From: Lama glama
Lineage: Eukaryota
NCBI GenBank assembly: GCA_028534125.1
Contig: CM052816.1
Span: 68,512,001 to 68,576,000 of the forward strand
DNA length: 64,000 nucleotides
Reading direction: 5' to 3'
Below are positions 25,730 to 38,005 of the stretch, piece by piece. Numbering within the stretch: the stretch's first letter is position 1; every line of letters starts with the position of its first letter. The notes below the pieces were generated by a model that did not search any database, was not told where the DNA came from, and saw only the letters and a list, made by a program, of their open reading frames with translations. A program made the translations under genes and the position numbers.

Positions 25730-26780
25730 GCAGGCTTCAAGCACGTGACGAGAGTACAGAGAACCAGCCAGAAAAGCCTCAGAAGAGAGACAGATAATGG
25801 GAAATTAGCCCTAGATGGAGATGTCACATCAACCCTTTCTCATGTGGCCTCCAGGGCTGTAAGGACGGCAGGAGATCGCGTCTCTCCTCCTAGATATCTT
25901 AAGGGTAGCAGGCGGGGAACCGACTCTGTCGCAAATGTCAGGCGGCAGATGAAATGCGGTCTACCCACTTGGCTGTCCTCCCTTCCGAGGCCGGAGGGCT
26001 GGGCTCTGCGGCGGGAGGTGGGCTGGCTGTCGCAGAGCCCCCTGGGAGTTGTAGTCCACGGCGGCGGGAGGTTTGACGGCGGAGGCCGGCTTAGCGCTCT
26101 CGGAACTCCATCCCCCGCCGGCCCCCGCGACCTAGGCCGTCCCTTTTCCTGTTCAGGAGACGAGGAGCCTCGCTGCAGCAAGTTGAGAAGATTGGGGAAG
26201 GGGTGTCCGCCTTCCCGCCGAGTTCTCTGAGAGTGAGGGCTTGGCCTGCTCAGGTAGAGCACGTTCCGGGTCTTGCAAATTCACCTCTCGGGAGTGGGGA
26301 GGTGCGGGGAGCCTAGGGAACAGAGGGGAAGCGGCGGAGCCGGCTGTACCTAGGGAAGTTCCTCGGTGAAATGCGTCGGAATAGCAGCTTATTGCTGGAG
26401 CGGTGAGGCCAAAGCCGGGGCCCGCGGAGACCCCTCTGGAGAGGCGGCGCGCGCTCCTCACACGGCTCGCGTGCTAGCAAGTCAGGGCCTCCTTCCAGGG
26501 GTCAGAAAGCTCGAGGGGCTGTGGGGGTCGATGTCTGCTGGAGTCTTAGGGAAAAGGCAGGTTTGCCGTAGGTGAACACTGGAATGAGAGAAGGACGGAG
26601 GAGGAGAATTGGGGGAATTGCGGGAATGGGAGCGCTCTTCTCTATCCAGAGTAGGAAAGACCTAGAGAGGGGAGATGGGGAGGGACCCCCCATGGTGCCT
26701 TGAGCTTGGACCACAGATGTAGTGAGGGCCGAGACGAGTCCTCGCCACGCTTTTCCCCTTTCAATTGTGAGAGCCAGTGT
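25730..26780 (+). promoter_or_regulatory. SLC38A9: SLC38A9 CpG-island promoter with ZNF143/THAP11 motif, E2F-type GGCGGGA boxes, ETS site and CLEAR-like E-box
   Basis: High GC and CpG density. TGGGAGTTGTAGT 26043-26055 (ACTACAACTCCCA on minus strand), GGCGGGAG near 26010 and 26063, GCACGTGAC 25741-25749. Confidence 0.85.
26200..26253 (+). other. SLC38A9: SLC38A9 non-coding exon 1 (TSS approximate)
   Basis: AGTTCTCTGAGAGTGAGGGCTTGGCCTGCTCAG|GTAGAG within the CpG island; resembles the recalled SLC38A9 mRNA 5' end. Confidence 0.6.
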
Positions 26781-27071
26781 CCCGATAGTAGATTGCTTGA
26801 CATCTTCCTATCTTAGAATAATAAAGCTGGAAAGGGCCTTTGACAGCAGCCAGTCAAGCGAATTCTCTCACTTTACAAATGAGAAAACTGAGGTCTACTG
26901 AATTGAAGAAACTAGCTCGTTCACCACCAGACAACCAGTTAATGGCCAGCTTGACTTAAAACTTTTTTCATGTTTGTCAAGCAACACGTTACTTCATTGA
27001 TGAGATCAGTAGATTAGCAAACTCTAACCGGTTCCCCCTCCTTTTTATCTTTTTACTGCTGTCATACGCAG

Positions 27072-27139
27072 GATAAACTTTTCTACAGGTCAGGGAAACC
27101 CTTGTCTTAACTTGAGCAAAGATCTCCTTGCCTCAGAAA
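27072..27139 (+). other. SLC38A9: Probable SLC38A9 5'UTR exon 2 homologous sequence (donor uncertain)
   Basis: Pyrimidine tract plus CGCAG| at 27071, then GATAAACTTTTCTACAGGTCAG...AAAGATCTCCTTGCCTCAGAAA, similar to the recalled human 5'UTR exon. No GT at the expected end. Confidence 0.5.
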
Positions 27140-27966
27140 CAACTACGAACTTCATATTAAGACGAAAGGTTGATCACAAACTAAGATGTCACCTATAGTT
27201 TCTTTGCCTTGAAGAAGATAAAGCTCACCTTTTCTTTCCCAGTGTTTGCCTACTTAGAGCTCTGAGAACAGTAAGCCTTAGGTTTCTTCTCTCAATCTTA
27301 AGTGCTGCATATTCTCAGTTACATACATAAAAATAGTATGCTATTTATTGTGATTTTTATAATGCCCTAAATATTTACAATAAAGGGTTAACAGCATAGG
27401 AGGATGAGAATATCAATGTGAACTACAAATTAAAATTATAATTTATAATATTTTTTAAAAAAGAAGATATGGGCATAAAAGTTAAAAAGAAAAATCATTA
27501 AGAGGTTAAACATTTCTTCCAGGCCTGAATTTTATAATACGCCTAAGTTTCAGTTCTCTGTCAGTATTCTTTTCTTTCTACTGTCTAAACTTCACTTGAG
27601 AGAGCACTTGAGAGTGTTCCTAGTTTCGGAGGAGAGGTTCTTTGGTGCCATTGCATTGTTTTGACTGGTAATTTCTTCATTAGATCACATTGTCCTACAG
27701 CACTGTCAAATTTAACACCTTTTGAGGATTTATTGATCAAATTGGAAGCATGTTCCAACTGTCACATGAGAATTTGAGCATTACAGCTCCTCTCGGCTGA
27801 CCATTAAGCACCTCTTAAGGAAGAGGTTTAGATGTGTTACTGGACTTCATAGCAGATGCAGACTTATACAGAAGAACATACATGTACATAACATAACTGC
27901 TTTCACCAGACTACCGTTTAACAATATGGTTCCATTTGCTTTTATATGTATAGTATTGGTATACTA

Positions 27967-28178
27967 CAGAGATGGGTAAACTATGTCCAGATTTGACCTG
28001 CTGCCAAATGTATTTACTTTTTATATAGTTTTATTGGAACACAGCCACGCTCACTCATTTATTTATTCTCTTTTGTGCTGCAAGGCAGAGTGGAGTAGTT
28101 GCAGAGACCATGTGGCTAGCAAAGCCTAAAATATTTACTATCAGGCCCTTTACAGAAAAAAAAAGTCAATCCCTGGCC
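27967..28178. mobile_element. MER58A-like hAT-Charlie element
   Basis: CAGAGATGGGTAAACTATG...TTTTATTGGAACACAGCCAC...GCAAAGCCTAAAATATTTACTATCAGGCCCTTTACAGAAAA...CCCTG. Confidence 0.78.
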
Positions 28179-29290
28179 TAGTAAACTGAATGTAAATATA
28201 GTATCTAAAGTGCTACCATATGCAGAAGTATTAATAGTAATTTTTACTCATAAAAAACTTGTATGGTGGGTCCATAATACATTTCTTTAGCCAAAAGGTA
28301 GTGCCTCCTATTGCAGATTGATGCTGGCATCTTGGCATAGATACTATAGATTTGCTTTTGCAAAGAAAGTTTCTGAACCTAGTGTGAAAAGGGCTGACAT
28401 TCTTTGAGATATATTGATACTCACAGTTAATGCCTTTTAAACATAACATTATACAAGCTTCCTTTGGTTATTATTCTCTTGTTTTCTTTTTATGGCGATG
28501 AGTGCTTCAGCATAGGTACCAGCAAGCAAGTCAATAAGCTGTTTTCATATTGAGACCCCATACTAAAACCAATCTTCAAGTAAATGATTTAGGGATGCAT
28601 TATTAAATGACTTATCTTTTGACATCTTGCATTTGGGGCTTTGTTTTAAAGGTCAGAGGATTGAATGAGATGTTGGAAGTGAATATATCTGTTTATATCA
28701 TCTTGTGTATTTAGCTCCCTAAGTTAGTGTCATGTCTATAGCAAATTAACGCCATAGGAATATTTAACATTTTAGTCATTGATAGCACTCTTTTGTGTTA
28801 TCACTTTTATAATATTAGTTGGAATTCCAATTCACCTCTCAACCTACTTCATCAAACTTCAGGATATCTTATAGTTCTCATCAAGACTTTCAAAGAGGTA
28901 TTAAATTTCCTTTGAAACAGCATTCTTGAAGAATTTGAAGTTCAGGCTAGTTGACTAATTGAGGTAACTGAAAAATTACCTATTTCCTTATATTTATTCA
29001 TATTTACTTGAATATTAAATCTTTGATTGAAAGGCAGTAGAAACTTTGGACTCATTTACAATTTATTTTAAATCATTGAACTATCAATTTTCTGCTTGTT
29101 TGGAGTAAATAGCTAATTTGACAATGCCACAGAATTTCATGTTTGTTTGGAACAAATACAGGTATGTGATTAAAGTGGAAACTTTATATCAATTAGTGAA
29201 TGTTCCTCATATTTTCCCCAACATTGATTATCACTTTTTGTTAAGGCTGACCAAATTCTGAGGACCTTTCTAGATTTTCCTCTTTTCTGG

Positions 29291-29809
29291 TGTCTACTGA
29301 AAAAAATATGCACAACCTAAAACTAGAGGGTTATGTTTTATTCGGCTGACTCTCTGAAGGCTCGAGCCTGGGAGGCCTCTCACATCACGCTAAGAGACTG
29401 CTCCAAAGAGGCAGGTGAGGAGCCAGGATATATGGGAGTTTTGTCACAAAGACCAGGTGGTCGGAACTCCAAACTCGATAAATTACTGTTGATTAAAGAA
29501 AACCAGACATCTCAAGGTAAGGAATTTAGCACTTTTCTAAGTATGGGAGGGTACAAAACCCTGGGCTCACTGAAATCACTCCTTTGATATGCACATAGCT
29601 TTCTAGGGCCAATATCCTGTTCTTTCCCATCTTGAGTTCCCTCAGGGTGCACTTTTGGGGGTGGCAGCAGAGGCCAGGCTGCCTCCTTGTCTGCATCCTG
29701 AGTTCCCCTCGCTCACTGTTGGCTACCACTGTTGGCTGTGGTAGCGGCTGATGACTTGATGGCCATAGCCTTTGTTTACTGATACGGCCAGCAGTAATTT
29801 TCATCCACA
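29291..29809 (-). mobile_element. Solo LTR, ERV1-like
   Basis: TG...CA termini (TGTCTACTG...CATCCACA), 4-bp TSD CTGG at 29287-29290 and 29810-29813, AATAAA on the minus strand near 29340. Confidence 0.87.
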
Positions 29810-30344
29810 CTGGTTTCCTAACATTCAGTATTGAGTGACAGTTAATCTCTAGGAGTTAAAAGAATCCTGAGTTTCTAAACTTAGCCATATTCTCAGTTTA
29901 GTTTAGGAACCATATAGTGGAGGGTATTGGTTAACAAAGTCAGTCAGGAAAGTAAGTCAGGAAGTGTAGCCATATATTGATGCCTTTGTTTAAACAGATA
30001 TTTTTTCCTACTCTGACTTGGCTGTTGACCTTTCCTCTGTTTCACTGCCTCTGGAAGGATTATTGCTGGCTAAAGAAATACCTAGCCTTGAGACAAAGCA
30101 GTTTCATCAAGAGAAACAAATTTATGTAAGCTACTTTGCTTCAAGAAGAACATGTGTTAAATTTGTAATCCAGATACTTGGGTGCACATTTTCACTCTTT
30201 CTAGTCCTAGGTTTGTTTTAAAGAGTTTAAGGCCATTTGGCACTCTAGGTATTATTGCTTTTTTGCTTATAAATCTCAACAAGACCTGATTTTTCTGATG
30301 CTTCTTCTGTCTTCCCAATAGCCTGTCTCCTTCTTTAAGGCAGA

Positions 30345-30570
30345 CATCACAGTATAGTGGAAACAGCATTTGGAATCAAAGTGACCTGGTTTCATTCCCA
30401 ACTGTGGCTTTATCAGCTAAGTAGTTTAGGACAAGTTACTTCTGGACATCAATTTCTTTTTTTTATAATTTGAAGGTAATACCTATTTCCCAAACTCTAA
30501 AGGATTAATTGAAATTAAACAACATGTGAAACATTAGGCCAGAAGTAGGTGTTTAATAAATGTTAGTTGC
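30345..30570 (+). mobile_element. MIR SINE
   Basis: CAGTATAGTGGAAACAGCATTTGGAATC...GGACAAGTTACT...AATAAATGTTAGTTGC. Confidence 0.65.
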
Positions 30571-31001
30571 ATCAGCCACTACCTTTCTATTGACTTACCT
30601 TTTTCTCTGAGTTTTTCTCCAAAGTGACACCCCATTTTCTTCTTCAGAAATGAATTATTCCCCTTTCAGTCTTTTCTTTTTGTGACAGTTCAGTAATTCT
30701 ATGATGCTCAACTTCTTTATCTTTTTTACCTCACCAAGTTTACTCACTTTATGCTAAAGACATGTAGGTATATCAGCTGATTTTATTCAGGCCACTAAAT
30801 TAAACTAAGATATATTTTTGCTCGTTACTTCTAAGAGCCAAATTCATAGTAAAAATTTTAGCTATGTGTTTTTTGAGGGCTCACTGTGGGCCAGGTACAT
30901 TTTTATGTGCATTATCTCATTTAAATCTCAAACCCTGTAAAACTAGTACTTTTATTATCCCTAAAACTCGTGAATCTTAGGGAACTTAAGTTTCCCAAAG
31001 T

Positions 31002-31086
31002 ATAACCAAAACACTGCTGTACGCCTGAAACTAACACAGAATTGTAAATCAACTGCAGTTCAATAAAAATAAGAATAAAATAAAAA
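31002..31086 (+). mobile_element. 85-bp L1 3' terminus inserted into a minus-strand MIR (~30860-31150)
   Basis: TGCTGTACGCCTGAAACTAACAC...GTAAATCAACT..TTCAATAAAAA. 16-bp TSD TTAAGTT(T/G)CCCAAAGT at 30986-31001 and 31087-31102. Confidence 0.85.
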
Positions 31087-31316
31087 TTAAGTTGCCCAAA
31101 GTCATGCATTAAATCCATGATTCAAATCCAAGCAGTCTTACAAATGAGCTATCAACCACCACATTCTACTTAATAGAGCCAGAATAGGCCATATCCCAAA
31201 TTAACCATTGCATGTAATTCAAAACAAGGATACATTTTGGAGGTGTTTTCATCAGTTTTTGGAGATTTAGAAGCAAAAGGTTCTACCTACTTACTGATAT
31301 TCAAAATTTTCTCTAG

Positions 31317-31480
31317 AGGGAAGGGTATAGCTCAGTGGTAGAATGTATGCTTAGCATGCATGTGGTCCTAGGTTCAGTCCCCAGTACTTTTGTTAAATTG
31401 AACAAAAAATAAATAAATAAACCTAATTACCACCCCCCCAAAAATAAAAATTAAAAATAAATAAAAAATAAAAAACTATT
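31317..31480 (+). mobile_element. Vic-1-type tRNA-derived SINE
   Basis: AGGGTATAGCTCAGTGGTAGA...GGTTCAGTCCCCAGTAC, A-rich tail, TSD AAAATTTT(T)CTCTAG on both sides. Confidence 0.88.
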
Positions 31481-31888
31481 AAAAATTTTTTCTCTAGCAT
31501 TTCTTAGCATTTCTGTTGCTAACGTTTCCCTTCCACAATATAAGTTTCATTAAGCACATTTTATTAATTTTATTAAGTTCACACACACAAAAAATAGCAC
31601 ATTCCTATGTAAAGCTTGGAATGGTTTTAAATGCTTACACATACTAACTTACAGATTTATATTATGTGCTTTAGATTTTCTTGAATAAATTTCCCCCAAA
31701 TTCTGTATGTTACTCTTGTTGATGAAAGAATACTAGCTTTCGGACAGTCATATTTTCAATTTCTAAGCTATTTTATTTTTTTTAATTGAGAGAATGTTTT
31801 AAAAACTCTATAAAGCTAATAACTTCTCTATAATATGTTTATTTCTTTTCCAAGCTTTTAATTCCTATGCTGTATTCACCTTAATTTA

Positions 31889-34085
31889 TTAATTTTTCTT
31901 TACTTTTTAAAAAAATTGAGATATCGTTGATATGCAATATTATATAAGTTACAGATGTACAACATAGTGATACACAATTTTTAAAAGTTATACTCCATTT
32001 ATAGTTGTTATAAATTATTGGCTATATTCCCTGTATTGTACCCTTGTTGCTTATTTATTTCATACATAATGGTTTGTATCCCTTAATCCCCTGCCCATAT
32101 CTTGCCCCTCCCCAATTCCCTCTCCACTGGGAAGTTTGTTCTCTCCACTAGTTTGTTCTCTATATCTGTGAGTCTGTTTCTTTTTTGTTGTATTCACTAG
32201 TTGGTTTCAGTTTTTAGATTTCACTTATAAATGGTATCTTATAGTATTTGCCTTTCTCTCTCTGACTTACTTCACTTAGCTTAATACCCTCCAAGTCGAT
32301 CCATGTTGTTGCAGATGGCAAAATTTCATTCTTTTTTAAGGCTGAATAACTTTCCATTATAAATATATACCGTATCTTCTTTATCCACTCATCTATTGAT
32401 GTACTCTTGGTTGCTTCCATATCTTGGCTGTTGCAAATAATGCTAACGTGAACGCTGGGTTGCCTGTATCTTTTTTGTTTTTTTCAGATCTATACAAAGG
32501 AGTGGAATTGTTAGGTGATATGATAGGTCTATTTTTAGTATTTTTGAGAAACCTCTATATTGGTTTCCATAGTGGTTGCTCCAGTTTACATTCCCACCAA
32601 CAGTATTCAAAGGTTCCCTTTTTTCCATATCCTTGCCAACATTATTATTTGTGGTCTTTTTGTTGATAGCCATTCTGACAAGTGTGAAGTGATATCTCAT
32701 TGTGGTTTTAATTTGTATTTCCCTGATTAACAGTGTTGAACATGTTTCATGTGCTTCTTGGCCATACGTATGTCTTCTTTGGAAAAATGTCTGTTCAGGT
32801 CTTCTGCTCATTTTTAAATCAGGTTGTTTGTTTGTTGTTGTTGTTGTTGTTGTTGTTGAGTTGAATGAGCTGTTTATATATTTTGGGCATTAATCCCTTA
32901 TGGGTCATATCATTAGCAAATATTTCTTCCCATTCAGTAAATTGTCTTTTCATTTTGTCGATGGTTTCCTTTGCTATACAAAAGCTTTTAAGTTTAATTA
33001 GGTCCCATTTGTTTATTTTTGTTTTTATTTCCTTTGCTTTAGGAGACAGATCCAAAAAAAATGTTGCTACAATACATGTCAAAGAGAGTTCTGCCTATGT
33101 TTTATTCAAGGAGTTTTATAGTTTCTGGTCTTACATTTAGATCTTTAATCCATTTTGAGTTTGTTTTTGTACATGGTGTGAGAAAGTGTTCTAATTTCAT
33201 TCTCTACATGTAGCTGTCCAGTTTTTCCAGCACCACTTATTGAAAAGACTATGTTTTCTCCATTGTATATTCTTACCTCCTTTGTTGTAGATTAATTGAC
33301 CGTAAGTGTGTGGGTTTATTTCTGGGTTTTCTGTTCTGTTTCATTGATCTATGTGTCTGTTTTTGTGCCAGTACCATACTGTTTTTGATTACAGTAGCTT
33401 TCTAGTGCAGTCTGAAGTCAGGGAACGTGATTTCTCCAGCTCTGTTCTTCTTTCTCAAGATTGTTTTGGCTTTTCAAGGTCTTTTGTATTTTCATACAAA
33501 TTCTAAAATTATTTGTTCTAGTTCTATGAAAAATGCCTTTGGTATTTTGTTAGGGATTGCATTGAATCTGTATATTACTTTGAGTAGTATGGTGATTTTT
33601 AATAATATTAATTCTTCCAGTTAATGAACAGAGTATATCTTTCTATCTATTTGTGTCATCTTCAGTTTCTTTCATCAGTGTCTTACAGTTTTCCAAGTAT
33701 GGGTCTTTTACCTCCTTAGGTGGATTTATTCCTAGATACTTTATTCTTTTTTGCTGCATTAGTAAATGATACTGTTTTCTTCATTTCTTTTTCTGATAGT
33801 TTGTTGTTATTGTCTAGAAATGGGACAGGTTTCTGTGTATTAATTTTGTATCCTGCAACTTTACCAAATTCATTGATGAGCTCTAATAGTTTTGGGTGGT
33901 ATCTTTAGGATTTTCTATGTATAGTGTCATGTCATCTGCAAACAATGACAGTTTTACTTCTTCCTTTTCAATTTCAGTTCCTTTTGTTTCCTTTTCTTGT
34001 CTGATTGATGAAGGTAGGACTTTTAATACTATTTTGAATAAAAGTGGCAGGAGTGGGCATCTTGTCTTTTAACTGATATTAGACG
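31889..34085 (-). mobile_element. 5'-truncated L1 (ORF2 C-terminus + 3'UTR), antisense to SLC38A9
   Basis: Minus frames SPKAKEIKTKINKWDLIKLKSFC and IREIQIKTTMRYHFT are L1 ORF2. Degenerate TSD T(T/C)CAC(C/T)TTAATTTA at 31875-31888 and 34086-34099. Confidence 0.92.
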
Positions 34086-34949
34086 TCCACTTTAATTTAA
34101 AATGTGTTTCTCATTGATATTTTATATAGAATATTTTTACTCATTACATACAAGGGATACTTTTTTCAAGTTATTTAGTCAAATTGACAGTCTTAAACTA
34201 AGGACATTTAATAGGATTATCAATTCTAGTTTTATAAATTAGTGGGTCAAAGTAATCTTAAAATCCTGCCTTTAATTTTAGAATGTAAGACCAAAGAAGT
34301 CAACTGAAATAATAATCAATTTTATTACATAAAGAAAGGAACTGAAAGCTCAGACTTCTGTTTTTTCATATCAACCACAATGATGAAATTACTCAATCTC
34401 AGTTCCTTCATCTTAATGAAATTTTAATAACAATTACCACTGAACAGTGTACACTTAATATTCAAGACCACTTCTGATGTTCTATGTTTGAATATATACA
34501 ATACATTATATGAATTTATGTTTCAAAAGATCAACTACACTTTTTACCTTAAAATAATAAATCTTGCACTAATCTATTACAGAGCTAATTTGGGAGCTAG
34601 AACCAGCAGTCAGTGTAGATTTGAGCTAAAAGTGAAATGATAAACTGAAAATCAGAATTGGTTACTAGCATCCTACTAGGTTTTATTATTTAAGTGATTT
34701 AGGACAAGTTACCTGACTTCTGGGCTTCATAAATTATATTTTTTAAGTTTGTTGAAGATAGAGACCATGAGTTTTTAAGATTTTTTTTTCCTATTTTTCT
34801 CAGTATCTCAGCTCATTGAGAACTTGTAGAATAAATATATTCTTGGAAGTTTACTATTATTCAGTATTTTAGTTGTCTCATCTTAAAATGGATAATTATT
34901 TTTATGTTCATACTCTTAATAAGGCCCTTCTTGACTGAAAATGGTAGTA

Positions 34950-35166
34950 CAATTGACTTTGAACAACACAGGTTTGAATGCACAGGTCTACTTATATGTG
35001 GATTTTTTCAATGAATGTGTATTACGGTACTACATCATCTGCTCCTGGTTGAATCCATGAACTGCAGATACAAGGGCCAATTGTAAAATTAGACATTGAT
35101 TTTCAACCGTGCACACAGTAGGCACTCTTAACACCCCCCACCCCCATGTTATTCAGGGGTCAAATG
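34950..35166. mobile_element. TcMar-Tigger MITE
   Basis: TA flanks and imperfect TIRs CAATTGACTTTGAACAACA / TGTTATTCAGGGGTCAAATG. Confidence 0.78.
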
Positions 35167-36299
35167 TATTTTGGTTTGGCTTTTTTTTCAAACTTACTAT
35201 CATAAGGTAATACTTTTATTTTTTTAACATTATTTATTCATCTTCAGTAGAACTAAGTTAATGAAAACTTTGGCTTAAATGTCAAACAGAAGAGCAGAAG
35301 AGGGAAATGGAAAGGAAAGAAACAGAAAAGGAAACACATGTATTTGGGGAATAGAACATGTTACCAACATCTCTGTCACATGACAGTGGCATGTTGACAA
35401 TATTTGCCTAGCTCTTTGTTACTAAAATTTTTTTCTTTAAAAAAATAGGAAAAACCTCAAGAGACTGCATATGTTAAAAAATATAAGTATTTTCATTTGG
35501 TTTTTGAAAGGAATGGTAGTACATTTGAACATTCATTTTCACATTGCAAAGTACTAAGTATAACATGCATCATATTGTCTAATTCTCAAACACCCCAGTG
35601 AAGATGTTATTGTTTCCATTTTGCAAGTGGGAAAATAATCCTATGGAGGTTAGATGGTTAGTCTTAAATTACACAGGTAGTAAGTGGCAGATTCAGGATT
35701 TCTCTTCAGAAACCTCATTTTCTTCCTACTCTGCCATAAATGATGCACTTAGAAAATAAGAACAGTGGACATAAGACTTCATTAAACAAATACAGCAATA
35801 ATACAATACTTATAAAGTAGTCTGGACTGTAACAAGAAGCAGAAGAAAAGGTGAAAGATAAAAGAGAGGAAGATAGGGCAAAGAACAAGAAAGACAGCAC
35901 AGCATAGCGGCAAAGAATACAGGCTCTGGACTTTAACTGCTTAGTTTTGAATTTCAGTTTTGCGTTTTACTAACTTTGTAATCAGTTACTTAACATCTTT
36001 GTGCTTTGTATCCTTATCTATAAAATGAGGACAATAATATGTAACTTACAGTTAAGGATAAAAGATAAAGCACTTGGCTTTAAGTGTTAAAATCTGTTTA
36101 CTTCATTTTATGGAGTTCCTTTTTAAAAAAAGTAATTGTGAAATATAACATCTATGCAGAAAAGTGCATACAACATGTGTATATTGAATAATTATAAAGC
36201 AAATGGCCATATAACCACAATCAAGTTGCAGAAATAGAACACTGCCTTTACTATATTGGGTCCCGTCCTATCCTTCCCTAACACAGCTTCCTATACCTA

Positions 36300-36455
36300 G
36301 AGCAGATTTCTAAACCTCAGAACTATTGACATTTTGGTCTGGATAATTCTTTGTTGTAGGAAACTGTCTCATGCATTGTAGAATGTTTAGCAGCATCCCT
36401 AGTCTCTACTCACTGAGTGCATTATAATAGCACTTTCCTCAGTTACAACAACCAA
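36300..36455. mobile_element. MER20-like hAT fragment
   Basis: AACCTCAGAACTATTGACATTTTGGTCTGGATAATTCTTTGTTGT...TGTAGAATGTTTAGCAGCATCCCT. Confidence 0.78.
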
Positions 36456-36499
36456 TTAGGTGAGACCAAATTCCTAACTATACCCCTCTATAACTCTAC

Positions 36500-37520
36500 C
36501 TGCTTGTGTAGAGAGTAGACGGTAAGGGTACAAGCAGAGAGCTCCACTAGCAAACTCTTGTAGAAATCTTGGTAAGAAATGATGGTGGTCAGATTCTAGA
36601 TGTATCTGAAGGATATCTGAAGGAAAGCCAGCAAGATTTCCTAATAGGTTGAACATAGACTGAGAAAAAGAAGTCGTGGGTGATTCCAAAGATTTCAGCC
36701 AGAGCAACAAGAAAGATGGCAATACTGTTAGTTGAAATCAGGAAAACAATGCATGGTATAGTTTTTTTTAGAAAAAATCAAAAGTTTAGTTTAGACAGGT
36801 TTGAGCTGTCTATTAAATCCAAGTAAAAATGTTAAGTACTATATATACATATATCAAATCATTATGTTGTACATCTAAAACTAATATGTTATATGTCAGT
36901 TGTAACATATAATATGTTATATGTCAATTTTTTAAAAGGCATCAAGTAGGCAGTTGGATATGCAAGTCTGAAATTCAAGAGAGGAGTTTTGGCTAGAAAT
37001 ACAATGTGGAATTTGTTATTATCTAGATCAGTAGAATTTTCTACAATGATGGAAATGTTTTACATCTATACTTTACAATACGGTGGCCACTAGTCACATG
37101 TGGCTAGAGTGACTCGGGTACTGAATTTTTTAAAATTTAATTTAAGTATTCACTAGTGGCTACTGTATTGTATATCACAAATAATGATACTAAAACCACG
37201 AGATCGTTACCTAACCATTGATGTAGAGAAGAGTACCAAGACTGACCCCTGAGATGCTACAACTTTAAGACATCTGGAAACAAGGAGCAAACAGTAAATA
37301 AATGCAGCAGAGAAGGAGGATGGACCAGAGAGATACTGAGAAAACCTGGAGCCCTATTGAATTTAGTTTATTAAGAAGGAGTGTGGTCACAAGTAAGTTA
37401 AAGATCGAGTAACTGAGTTTAGCAATGTGGAGGTCTTTGGTGGTCTAATAAGAGCAGTATTTGTGTAGTGATTAGGAAGATAGCCTGATTAGCATGAGTT
37501 TAAGAAAGAGTGGGAGGATC
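36500..37520 (-). mobile_element. L2 remnant with nested MER3-like (~37030-37170) and short L1 3' fragments
   Basis: Purine-rich L2 antisense motifs (GATTCTAGATGTAT, GTAGGCAGTTGGATATG, GCAATGTGGAGGTC) and MER3 core GATGGAAATGTT...GCCACTAGTCACATGTGGCTA. Confidence 0.6.
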
Positions 37521-38005
37521 TTATCTATTTTATGCTTTCTATTTGTCCTACCTTTTGTTTTCTCCTTACTTGCCTTGTTTTGGGTAAATTATTTTTTAAC
37601 ATTTTTTCTTCATCTCCTAGATTTTAAGTTATACACTGTTTTCTGTTAACTGTTAAGGTAGTTACCTATAAAATTATAATATACATCATATCAAAGTTTA
37701 ATGTTTTAAAAAAATTTTTATTGACATATAGTTGATTTATAATGTGTTAGTTTCTGGTGTACAGGTTTTTTTTCATTTTTTATTGACAATTAAGTAGAAA
37801 TTAAGTTGAAAATTAAGTTGATTTGCAATGTTGCAAAGTATAATGTTGATCTGGACAATACAAAAACTTTAGATTTCTAATCCGCAGAACTTCAGTTGAC
37901 TTTTTTTCCCCTTTGCTTTGGAATTTTAGTTCTTCTTTTCCCCAATTCTGTGATATATTGTTTATTAATTCTGCTTGAATTCATTAAACTTCTTGAATCT
38001 ACAGA

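Noticed and set aside
25682..26714. Long overlapping ORFs (182, 140 and 102 aa) in the SLC38A9 CpG island
   Set aside because: Stop-poor GC-rich sequence gives such frames by chance. They are low-complexity R/P/G/S peptides with no recognisable family.
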